From contig OX597815.1 in NCBI GenBank assembly GCA_951406725.2, positions 212,226,001 to 212,290,000 of the forward strand: a stretch of DNA of 64,000 nucleotides, written 5' to 3'. The DNA is from Octopus vulgaris (lineage: Eukaryota). Below the pieces are notes generated by a model. The model was not told the DNA's origin. It saw only the letters and a program-made list of their open reading frames with translations, and made no database searches. Numbering within the stretch: position 1 is the stretch's first letter; the number at the start of each line of letters is the position of its first letter. A program made the translations under genes and the position numbers. This document shows positions 13,761 through 25,153 of the stretch, in pieces.

Positions 13761-14170
13761 ATCATCATCATCATCGTTTAGCATCTGCTTTCCATGCTAG
13801 CATGGGTTGGACGGTTCAACTGGGGTCTGGGAAGCCAGAAGGCTGCACCAGGCCCAGTCTGATCTGGCAATGTTTCTACGGCTGGATGCCCTTCCTAACG
13901 CCAACCACTCCGTGAGTGTAGTGGGTACTTTTTACGTGCCACAGGGACAAGTGCCAGACGAGGCTGGCAAACGGCCGCAATCGGATGGTGCTTTTTACGT
14001 GCCACCGGCACGGGGGCCAGGCGATGCTGGCAACAGCCACGAACGGATGGTGCTTTTTACGTGCCACCGGCACGAGGCCAGTCGGGGCGGCGCTGGCAAC
14101 AGCCATATTCGGATGGTTCTCTTACGTGCCACTGCTATCACAGCTGCAATTTCCATTGATGTTGATCGAT
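13761..14170 (-). mobile_element. RTE LINE 3' UTR with structured minisatellite
   Basis: (GAT)n tail, GTTGGCGTTAGGAAGGGCATCCAGC motif, 4 GTGCC-GGT-GGCAC-type units. Confidence 0.8.
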
Positions 14171-14408
14171 GAAACAGATTAAAGTTTCAAGTTATTCACA
14201 AATAAAAATTCTTGCATACACCACTTGTATTTTAAGTAAGAAAGACTTGTTTTATCACAAACTATAAATTTTAATAGTCTTCTGGACTATAACTATTCCC
14301 ATCCCTTATTTTTAATTGTCCAACAGCTGAAAGCACTGGTTCTCAACTCAGGTCCAATTAGACCTTTCAGGGTCCATACCAGATTTTGTTGTGAAAATTT
14401 ATATGCAT

Positions 14409-14722
14409 AGGCGCAGGAGTGGCTGTGTGGTAAGTAGCTTGCTAACCAACCACATGGTTCCGGGTTCAGTCCCACTCCCTGGCATCTTGGGCAAGTGTCT
14501 TCTGCTATAGCCCCGGGCCAACCAATGCCTTGTGGGTGGATTTGGTAGACGGAAACTGAAAGAAGCCTGTCGTATATATGTATATGTGTATGTGTGTGTG
14601 TTTGTCCCCCTAGCATTGCTTGACAACCGATGCTGGTGTGTTTACGTCCCCGTCACTTAGCGGTTCGGCAAAAGAGACCGATAGAATAAGTACTGGGCTT
14701 ACAAAGAATAAGTCCCGGGGTC
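14409..14722 (+). mobile_element. tRNA-derived octopus SINE family A (3'-truncated)
   Basis: A box TGGCTGTGTGG, B box GGTTCAGTCCC, CORE-like CTTGGGCAAGT, internal (TA)n(TG)n. Confidence 0.9.
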
Positions 14723-15092
14723 ATTTGACTGCGGCCATGCTGGAGCACCGCCTTTAGTCGAGCAAATCGACCCCGGGGACTTATTCTTTGTAAGCCCAGT
14801 ACTTATTCTATCGGTCTCTTTTTGCCGAACCGCTAAGTAACGGGGACTTAAACACACCAGCATCGGTTGTCAAGCAATGCTAGGAAACAAACACAGACAC
14901 ACATACATATATATAGATATATATATATATACGACAGGCTTCTTTCAGTTTACGTCTACCAAATCCACTCACAAGGCATTGGTCGGCCCGGGGCTATAGC
15001 AGAAGACACTTGCCCAAGATGCCACGCAGTGGGACTGAACCCGGAACCATGTGGTTGGTTAGCAAGCTACTTACCACACTGCCACTCCTGTG
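14720..15092 (-). mobile_element. SINE family A, inverted partner of the preceding copy
   Basis: Reverse complement of 14409-14722 plus the tail. Confidence 0.9.
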
Positions 15093-15781
15093 TGCAACTT
15101 CATAGAAAAGACAAACAGTAAACTAAATAAAAGACATATTTGAATTATCAAATTCTTAAAATATAAAAATAAAGCCAACAACATCGTTAAACTATGTATA
15201 TTAATTAATTTGCTTATGTATGAGAGTTTTAAAAGTAAATTCTTTTCTTTAAAGTATAATTTAAACTAAATCGTTCAATTCAATAAAATAAATACATAAA
15301 ACTGACACTAATTTGGAGAATGTTTACTAACTGCATATAATCTATAGGTCAGATTAAAAAAGAAAAATCAATTATATCAATATTCTCTGCATAAGCCCTT
15401 GAAAGCTTTTTTTACATTTCTTTTCCAGGCAAAATCAAATATTTGCTTAGTAAACAAACTGACTGCAACCACAGTTTGTTCAGTCAGGATTCGACAACAA
15501 ACAACGTTGAGTATAGAGTATCAAATCAATTTATGTCAAATCTGTGAAAACAGACAGAATAGGTGTCTAACAGAAACCAATGAGATAACAATCAACCAAT
15601 CAAAGCACAAAGGACAGTTTTTTTTTCTTCTTTTCTCTCAGTAAAAAAAAAAAAAAAAATCAATTTCGATTGTCAATGTTATACAGCATTATGCTTATAC
15701 ACCAATATTTATTCACATAACCTTGGAAGTGTATTCAGTTAAAGTTAATAGGGAAGAATTTCAAATGCCTATCAGCAATAT

Positions 15782-16290
15782 ATCATCATCATCATCATCA
15801 TTTAGCATCCGCTTTCCATGCTAGCATGGGTTGGACGGTTCAACTGGGGTCTGTGAAGCCAGAAGGCTGCATCAGGCCCAGTCTGATCTGGCAGTGTTTC
15901 TATGGCTGGATGCCCTTCCTAACGCCAACCACTCCGTGAGTGTAGTGGGTGCTTTTTACGTGCCACCCACACAGGTGCCAGACGGAGCTGGCAAATGGCC
16001 ACGAACGGATGGTGCTTTTATGTGCCACCGGCATGGGGGCCAGTCGAGGCTGGCAGCGACAACGAACGGATGATGCTACGTGCTACCGGCACGGGGGCCA
16101 GGCGAGGCTGGCAATGGACATGAGCGGATGGTGCTTTTACGTGCTACCAGCACGGAGGCCAGTCGGGGTGGCACTGACAACGGCCACGATCGGATGGTTC
16201 GCTTAACCACAGCTGCAATTTCCATTGATGTTGATCGACTTCGATTTTGGTTCTGCTTTCTGATATCTGGTTTGATTTTGATTTTTATGT
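15782..16290 (-). mobile_element. RTE LINE 3' UTR with structured minisatellite
   Basis: Same family, about 4-5 units. Confidence 0.8.
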
Positions 16291-16890
16291 GAACTAATTT
16301 GTCACAATAACACAATCAATCATATATTTTAATATTTTGGCTTCATTCGCAAAGAATAATTTATAAAAAACAAATTATACACACAGAGTGTGTACAAATA
16401 ATACACTGGATAAATTTTTAATAATTTTTTGCAATATCCTTAATTATTGAAAATAGGTTATAACTATTACTTGTTGTATTACCAACAAAAGATAAGATCT
16501 CATATGAAATATTTGGTACCAGAAGCTTGTTTTAGTTAAAAATATATTTACCTTTAATTATAAGAGACTAAACTAAGAAAAACAAACAGAAAAGACTAAA
16601 ATTAGTCTACTGAACGAGAAATAGATAAGCAATCTGGTTCTGCTGGATGGAAACTGAAAACTTATATAAACATTGGTGATACATCAAAGACAATTAGTTA
16701 TAATAACCTGAAATAGCTAAAAGCTAGTTTAATCAGTCTAGAAAGAACTTCAAGTAAAAAACTGGTTCATACCCAAATGTAGTCAAAATGATAGCGGGAG
16801 GGAGTGGAGGGCAGAGGAGAAAAAAAACAGTCCAAAATATCAAATATTCAAAAGTAACTTCTATTAGTAATTTCTAATGTATCAGGAGAT

Positions 16891-17368
16891 TAGGTGCAAA
16901 GGTGGCCATGTGGTAAAATGTTTGCTTCCCAGCCACATGGTTACGGATTCAGCTCCATGTGGCACCTTGGGGAAATGTCTTGTACCGCAGATCAGGGCCA
17001 ACCACCAACCAAAACCGTATTAGATTTGAAAGATGGAAACTGAAAGAAGCCTGCCGTAGTGTGTGTCTGTGTATGTGTGTGAGTTTGTGTTTGTATGTAT
17101 GTCTGTATGTCTCTCTCTCTCTCTCTCCTTGTCTTGACATTGCATGATAGTTGTAAAATGACTGTCAGTGTCATACAAGTAGTGCCAATCATTTCCAAAA
17201 TTCTGCAAGAACATACCTGGCAATGGGGAAATATTATCTTTATTGGAAATAGGTGAGATTTGACAACAGGAAGGGTATCAAACAATAAAAATCCTGTCTC
17301 AATAAACTCTGTCCAACCCATGCAAGCATGGAAAGGTGAACATTAGAATGATGATGATGATGATGATG
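16891..17368 (+). mobile_element. SINE with family-A-type tRNA head and RTE-type (GAT)n tail
   Basis: Head/CORE as family A; 3' part ends GTCCAACCCATGCAAGCATGGAAA...GATGATGAT. Related copy at about 4150-4456. Confidence 0.75.
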
Positions 17369-19075
17369 GTGTGGTGCTCATATAAAGTCAAAAGATTTTT
17401 TTTTTAAAATTCACAATTTTTACTGAACAGATTCTCACAAATACCAACTCTGAATCAGTTTTCCTAATGACTTACACATCTATAACTCACCTCTATATTA
17501 ATACAGGTATCCAAAAGCTATTAAAATGTTTTCTCAATTGCTACCAACAAACCCATCCTATATTTTTTTTGTTGCAAATAATTTCACAAATATTTTTCAT
17601 CCCAGTAATCATATATCTAATTTCTCTCCAAACATAGCATATCCTCAACTTCCAATTCACCAGCATACAATATCAGAGAAGTTCATTCATTTTAAAGTAC
17701 TCTTCTCCAAATATCTTTAGAGTATGATAGACCCTAACTCCACTGCTTATTATCAGTTTCACTTCCAACATTATTTCAAATAGCTAAGGTAACACAACTT
17801 ATTTTCTGCTTGCAGTGATTCATTACTACAGATAATGGCCTTAACAGAAGACTTTGGCACTCTGCCTATTGCGTCAGAACATTTTGAACACTTGAGGTGT
17901 TGGTGAACCATCAGTCAACAGGAATGCCACTACAGCTCTTGCACATGTACAGACTGCATTACTCCTACACACAATTGAAATTTTACTTACTATATTGCAT
18001 TACTTAACAAGGAAAATCCAGTTATTCTTTCAAAATCATGATCACTGATTTCTCATCATTCCCTCTTTTTTTTTCTTCACTATCTAACCTCCAATGTTGT
18101 GGACTCCTTTTTCCTTCTCCTTCAGGTTATATACAGCTTCAAGCTAAACGGTCCATCTGCTTTTAACGTGTTCATCTCTTTTAGTTAATAACTCATCAAC
18201 GTAGCACTTCAGTGCGAATCTCCTTAAAACACAAACTAATTACTTTTCATACAATATGTTATTGTTTAGTCACAGGCCAGTCCTGATCAAATGGACCGAT
18301 GATGAAAGGCATTCCAGCATGACCAATCCATCTTGTTTTCAAGAATTGTATACCCCAGGCCATGCCATTGTTTAAATATGGTGATACATAATTTGAAGTC
18401 AATTTTAGCAGCTATTTCTAGTATATCAACCAAACAGATAGCAGCTTCTTTGATTTGTCGATAAAAAAGAGAGTTCAAAAATTTCAAGAAATATTCCAAG
18501 AATTCTTTGGACAAAGAGCACAACAATATATGGTCTCAGTTTGAATGAAAAACTTGCAGCAAGAAGATTTTGCAGAGCCTCCAAGACTGAAACCACAGAC
18601 CTGACCTGAATGCTTGCAACAGAGGCAACTCTGTTAAAGGCACCAAAAGTGCCAGATGATGGAGTTCTTTATTCTATCCAACCAAGTTTCAATGAATAGG
18701 TTATGCCAATTCAGGAATAGGTAAATTGTAATTGCTTTTGTTCGTTTGAACACAGAGGTACTAAGTTTAACGAGAATTGTTTCATTAAAATCACCAGAAA
18801 GAAAAAGTTATTTTCATGAAGATATAGCAGCAACATTTACTTATTTCTGACATTCTTAAAAATAATGTTTTAAAATGATATTCTTTCATGTCTTTTCTTT
18901 AAAAAAACAAAATGTTCACAAGAAATGTCCTGCTAAGTCATAATTGTTCAAATTTAAAACTGAAATAAATGAAATAATTTTTTACACAATAAATTTCATT
19001 AACCTTATAAATAAAAATTTGTTTCTTCACAAAAGTTTTTTTTTAAAAAACTTAGTGTTAAAGTGTAAAAGATGA

Positions 19076-19297
19076 TTACCACTTAAGCATTTGGATTACT
19101 CTATCATATGCAATGCTTATTTACACTGTTTTGAATTTATCGTATATTATCTTGTAGCTTTGAGATTTCAATGATGTGATTGCTTATTTTTAGAATGACA
19201 TAGTAGGGTACACGTGAGGCCTGGTCTGCCCAGTTTGAACATAAAACAGGTAGAAAATTTTGGCCTCATATGGCCAATTTAAATACTAAAGGGTTAA
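19076..19297 (+). mobile_element. piggyBac-type MITE family 1
   Basis: Same ~220-bp body ending AAATACTAAAGGGTTAA. Confidence 0.75.
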
Positions 19298-19802
19298 TGA
19301 TGGCTCACTTCATTTCCAGAAAGATTATTAGAATTTTCCTTAACCTCAGAAATGTGATATAGTTAATTTTCTTTCTTTCTTTTATAATTAGTTAGAAGAC
19401 AAAAGGCAGTATCTATGACCCCTGTAGGCTCTACTAGGGTGGTTAGGAAGTCATTGTAGTTGATGTACGGATTGAATTCCTTTAGGTGAAGGAAACATGG
19501 GCAGCAGGTGAATTCCAGAGAGGAGTGCAATTCTAACAGGAAAGAATGGAGTGTTTGGTGCAAGATTTGAGAAGGAAAACAAAATAAGGGTGAAGAGAAC
19601 AAAATGGGCACACTGAGGAAGGCTAAGGCAGAGATCGTTCCAAATTAATAAGTGTGGAGAGACAGAAAGAAGGAATAGTTTGTCTCTGAGTCACCAGTTG
19701 TCTTTGCTAAACAACAGTCTAAGTTTTTTTATTGCACAGTGACAGCACAACCCAAACAGGTTAGCAGGATACAAAAAGGGAGTCAGAGTAATCAATCTTA
19801 AA

Positions 19803-20283
19803 GTCATTTCGAGTGATGGACCTCACGGAGGCAAAGTGGCTGAGGTCCTTTCGAACACGCCTAACAGAGGTGAGGTGGCTGAGTACCTTTCGAATGGGCC
19901 TTACAGAGGCGAAGTGGCCAAGTTCCTTTTGAACAGAACTCACGGAAATGAGGTGGCTGAGTTACTTTTGAGCGTTGGGCCTTGTGGAGGCAATGACCAA
20001 GGCTTTGGCATTATGTTGTGCTTGGGAAGAGGACCTATCAAACCAAGCAAAATTGAAATCATGGCAGATACCGATGTCAAGCAAATGGCAACCATACCGG
20101 TGGCACATAAAAGCACCCATTACACTCTCGGAATGGTTGGCATTAGGAAGGGCATCCAGCCGTAGTAAACCATGTCAAATCAGACTGGAACCTGGCACAG
20201 CCTGCCAGTGTGCCAGCCCAGTCAAACCCTCCAACCCATGACAGCATGGACAACGGATGTTAAATGATGACGATGATGAAGAT
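19803..20283 (+). mobile_element. RTE 3' end with 39-bp tandem repeat of C-terminal codons
   Basis: About 5 imperfect ~39-bp units (CTTTCGAA...GAGG..AGGTGGCTGAG), then the family tail and (GAT)n. Confidence 0.75.
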
Positions 20284-20657
20284 GGGTCAGAATAAGTGAC
20301 CAGCACTGAAATATTTTCTCACTCCTAAGTGGAAACCTTGTCTTTAGGATCCTGTTTTGGCAATGTTACATATGAGGTCACCAAGGGGCATCGTTAATGA
20401 ATATTTGCAGCCAATGATACCAAATTGTCAAACTCCCCAGAATGATACAAATTTTTCAATCGCCAAGGAGTCATCACTGTCATGAAATATCCTAATGGTT
20501 GAGAGACTCAGGATACATTAAAAAAAACACTCATTCTTCACAGAATAAACAGAATATTTCCTCATACAGAATTAACTAGAAACTGATCAGTCTTTGGTAG
20601 ATGAAAAACAAAGAATTATATGTTTGGGTTTTCCCTTTTCTTTGTGTTTTTTTGTGT

Positions 20658-21148
20658 ATCAAATCAAAATAGATGAACATCAATGGAATTTGAATCTTTG
20701 TGGTACCAGTGCCGGTGGCACACAAGAAAACCATCCGAACGTGGCCGTAGCCAGTACCGCATCGACTGGCCTCCGTGCTGTGGGCACGTAACAAACACCA
20801 TCCGATCGTGGCCGTTCGCCAGCCTCGTCTGGCACCTGTGTCGGTGGCACATAAGAAAACACCATCCAAGCGTAGCCGTCTGCCAGCCTCATCTGGCACC
20901 TGTGTCGGTGGCACATAAAAAACACCATCCGAGCGTGGCCGTTCGCCAGCCTCGTCTGGCACCTGTGTCGGTGGCACATAAAATCACCCACTACACTCTC
21001 GGAGTGGTTGGCGTTAGGAAGGGCATCCAGCTGTAGAAACACTGCCAGATCTGACTGGCCTGGTGCAGCCTTCGGGCTCCCCAGACCCCAGTTGAACCGT
21101 CCAACCCATGCTAGCATGGAAAGCGGACGTTAAATGATGATGATGATG
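20658..21148 (+). mobile_element. RTE LINE 3' UTR with structured minisatellite
   Basis: 5 modules at ~62-64 bp spacing; (GAT)n tail ends about 75 bp from the exon 21223 donor. Confidence 0.8.
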
Positions 21149-21222
21149 TAGTGTCCCACTTCAGAATAAACAAGCAGATTCATTGCTTTAAAACAATTAT
21201 AATAAATATTATCAACTCTTAC

Positions 21223-21296
21223 CTTGGATTTGCTCAGTTTTGAACAAGGAGGAATATGTTCTTTACAGGAACTTTCATGAACATTGATAAGACAGT
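21223..21296 (-). CDS. Exon of same RhoGEF: second half of C1 domain
   Basis: Acceptor tttctttatttcag|AC and donor AAG|gtaaga; 74 nt (phase 1 to 0). Joins the previous exon in frame: (N)CLINVHESSCKEHIPPCSKLSKSK, completing the His/Cys ligand pattern. Confidence 0.9.
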
Positions 21297-21458
21297 CTGA
21301 AATAAAGAAAGAAAAATTTGGCTAAAATGAAATTGGGCAGGACAAATATACCAATTAACAACTGAAATACATAATTAAATCAATATAAATGATCATAAAG
21401 GAAATCAGTATTATTCAATTAGAGAAAGTGAAACAGTTTTATCAAATCCTATGAAGGT

Positions 21459-23150
21459 TATTATTGTTTTAATGGTTTCAGTTGCCAGGCTGCGGCCAGG
21501 CTGGAGCACCGTCTTAATTTCTTTTCTTTTTTTTTAAAGTTTTGCGGTCACATTATGATTGAAAATTGGTTGATGATCAAGTTTGTAGTTGCTGATCTCC
21601 CCTCAGTGTATCGTTGAATAGTTGGTTAGTCCAGTATTGTCGTTAGGAGTTCATCCAACAGTTTTTTTGAAAGTTTCAGTAGAGGTCTCTTTTATATTTC
21701 TCATCTCTTCGGGTAAAAGTAGTTCAATACTTGAGGACTTCTGAATATTAGACAGGTACAGTAGAGGGTTTTTGTTTGTGAGTTTGAAGAAGGTATATGT
21801 GGAAGCTGACGGTACCTACCAGTTTGAGCATTAAAATTCACTTTAATACAGATGTTGATGTTCGGAACATGCCCCTCCAGGGTCTTCCATACATACATAA
21901 TAGTATATCTTTCTCTTTGGTGTTCAAGAGAGTAGAGGCACAGAGCTTTCAGGCATTCCTAGTAATTAAGGCCATTAACCAAAGTTATTTTACTGGTCAA
22001 TGTTCTTTGTAACCCTTCAATTTCTTCTATGAAACCAGGTGAATTTGGTGACCAAAGCTGTGAGCAGTAATCCAATCTGCTCAGAACTAAGGTTTTCCAT
22101 AAAGTTAGCATAACCACGGGTTCTCTTGTCATGAAGGTTCGTAGGATCCATCCTGTGAGATGTCTGCATTTAGAGGTCAGTTTGGTGATGTGACTGATGA
22201 AAGATGCATCATTTAACATGATTATTCTTAAATCAGGTTTGTCGTGAGTGCTCTGGCACCAAATATTGGGATTTATGTCTATTCCCCCCATAATGAAGGG
22301 CCTGAAATTTTGATGTATTAAATTTCATATTTTTATCCACTCATTGATAAATGATGTTCGGGTCATTTTGGAGTGTGATGGCATCTTCTGGAGTTTGGAC
22401 AGCCATTGGTATTTTTGTGTCACTGGCATAACTCATTAGGGTTGCCGATTGCACTTGTGAGCCTATGTTTGATAGGGTTATAGTAAATACCAATGGTCTT
22501 AGAACTGTACTCTGAGGTATACCACTTATTACGGGTGACTTTGCTGAGAGATTATTGCTTGCAGCAAGATTAATTCCTATCCTGTAGGAAGTCAAAGAGC
22601 CATTCTCCGAGTTCTCCTATGATACCAAGACCCCTTATCATATGACAGATGATTCCATGATCAATCTTGGCAAAATCAAGGTATATGCAGTCAGAGTCCT
22701 GTCCATTCAGGAAATTTTTAAGGATAGTGCTATGGTGTGGTAATAGTTGTGTCAGGCAACCTTGTCCAGTTTGAAAACCATGCAGTGTATTATCTGAGTG
22801 GGTTTTCCTCAAGATACACAGTTATTCTTTTTCAGACAATGTGTTCTACAATTTTAGATGTGTGAGAAACAGGTCTGTAATTTTTTAGCTTCTGCCCTGC
22901 TACCTCCTTTATGGATAGGTGCTACTGTTGCTTCTTTCAATAGTTCTGGGAATATGCCGGTTTGAAGCGACTTTTGAAATAGCAACTTTAATGGCTTGGC
23001 AAGACTGTTTCTGCAAGTTTTCAACAGTATGGCTGGGAGACCATCTGGTCCTGGTGCTGAATTTGAATCTAAATCATTAATAGCTGTAATTATGTCTTCT
23101 CCCATAATATCTAAAATCTCTAGATGTGTCAGTTGAATTCTCGGGATCAA
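21459..23150 (-). mobile_element. 5'-truncated, frameshifted CR1-group LINE (RT ORF2 remnant plus 3' tail)
   Basis: ORF fragments APGPDGLPAILLKTC...PIHKGGSRAEAK, HGFQTGQGCLTQLL, CIYLDFAK, SGIPQSTVLRPL, YASDTK (YADD-derived), LWKTLVLSRLDYCSQLWSP. 3' tail ends GGTGCTCCAGCCTGGCCGCAG...CTGAAAC. Confidence 0.9.
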
Positions 23151-23879
23151 AAGATGTGAAGAAAGGAGATAATAATCAAACTTGGGTCAAGGTGACCTAC
23201 ATTGTATTGACTAGTGACCTACATTGTATTGACTAGTAATGACTAGTAACCAAAGACAACAGCTGAAGCAACACTTATTAAATATCAATCTTTAACCCTC
23301 CAGTAGCTTAGAGAGAATGTGGTTGACATAAGGTTAAGGAGAAGAATACACTATCCAAACAGGCTTTAAGACTACGCCAAGCCAGGGTGTGCTTCCAACC
23401 AGAATCTTAAAGAAGTTAACACAGATGAAAGAAACAATGCAACTAGGGACAAGCCAATTCATTTCTTATTGCTGTATTGCATAGTCCAGTCAGGAATTTT
23501 TTCAAAGATGAGGAACTATCAAAGTCATTAGTCAAAAGACAAGCAGAAATTGTATTCCAACTGATGCAGACAAATGCAGCAGAGTGATGCACTTGTTCAC
23601 CAGCAGTACATTTGATTTTAAATGTTATAAGTGACTCAGCACCTTTCACTCAGTGTTCATATTATTAGCTATGTTTAGCAGGTAATCCACAGAAGCCAGA
23701 GAAAAAGGCAGGAGAAAACTGATGTGATTTCAAAGCATCGTCTCTTAGAGAGCATCAAAGGATATTTCTATCAACCAGATTTGAACCAGACCTTGGCAAC
23801 AACATAGTCACTAATGGCTGGTCATCTGAAATAGGAGTTGGCACAAAATCAATGCAGTCGCAAATCTTTCATGTGAAGG

Positions 23880-24270
23880 ATCATCATCATCATTTAACGT
23901 CTGTTTTCCATGCTAGCATGGGTTGGACGGTTTGACCGGGGTTTGGGAATCCAGGAGGCTGCACCAGGCTCCAGTTTGATCTGGCAGTGTTTCTACAGCT
24001 GGATGCCCTTCCTAATGCCAACCACTCTGTGAGTGTAGTGGGTGCTTTTTACGTGCCACCGGCACGGAGACCAGACGGGGCTGGCAAACGGCCACGATCG
24101 GTTGGTGCTTTTTACATGCCACCAGCACGGAAGCCAGTCAAGGTGGAGCTGGCATCGGCCACGTTCGGATGGTGCTTTTTACATGCCACCGGCACAGGGA
24201 TCACAACTACAATTTCCATTTGATTTTTTGATGTTGATGTACTTGACTCAATAGGTCTCCTCAAGCGCAG
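23880..24270 (-). mobile_element. RTE LINE 3' UTR with structured minisatellite
   Basis: Same family, 3 modules. Confidence 0.8.
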
Positions 24271-25153
24271 TGTGTGTTTTGCAATTTTTAGGTTTGAGCT
24301 AAAACTTCATTAATATTCAAATTATAGAGTAAAAGCATTTATCTTTACTCTAAATATGCAGAATAGGCAGAGCACACTCAAAATCTGCTTCAGTCATAAT
24401 GATAATATCAAACGAAAACAAGAAGATAATAGTCAAGATGAAAGAATTACAAAAAGAAATATTCTATGTATTTGAGAAATGGTGAAATTTAAAAAATAAT
24501 AACAGAGAAAATATTTCTCTAGAATTTCCAGAAAGAAGCAAAATACATCATTTCATTTATAAATGTAACTAGGAATGACAATTGATATGAATTCTATTCA
24601 GTCAAACGTAATAAAGAAAATAAATTTAGATACTAAAAATATTTTAAATAATTCTTTTTTTTTCTTTTTATGGCTATGAATGGTTTGTAAGAACAATATC
24701 AAGAACAATCTGACAGCACTAGTTAGTACTATAAAAATATCCCAAAATGTTATGATTCACTGACAATAATTAAATATATATATATATGAACACATTGAGG
24801 GAAACTCTATTTTGTGAGTAGAGAACTGGAATTTCAAAGATACACAAGTGAAAAAATTAGAGAATTTCCATTCTTTTGTCAACATCATTTACAAATAGAA
24901 AATACCTTTTAACTTAAAAAATATTAATTCTAATTTCAATTGAAGCTAAACACTAGTTCATCAAAGTTTCTAATGAGATGCTCACACACTTAGAAAGTAT
25001 GATGACCCAAAATAGTTAAAATCCACAAAACAAAACAAAAAAAAAAATAATAATAATAATTGAAATAGCTAATTGAATAGAAATTCCAGTAATTCAATGA
25101 GAGACTGGGTAGAGATATATCAAATGTACAGCTAAAAAATACACCATACATAT

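Noticed and set aside
13920-14140. CRISPR-like repeat/spacer appearance of the GTGCCACCGGCAC arrays
   Set aside because: The spacers are homologous to each other, the arrays sit in RTE 3' UTRs ending in (GAT)n, the context is eukaryotic and no cas genes are present.
20800-20850. HDV-like ribozyme (CCAGCCTCGTCTGG resembles HDV P3/L3)
   Set aside because: The loop sequence is not conserved among units, and I could not place P1, P1.1, P2 or the catalytic C. A twister core is also absent.
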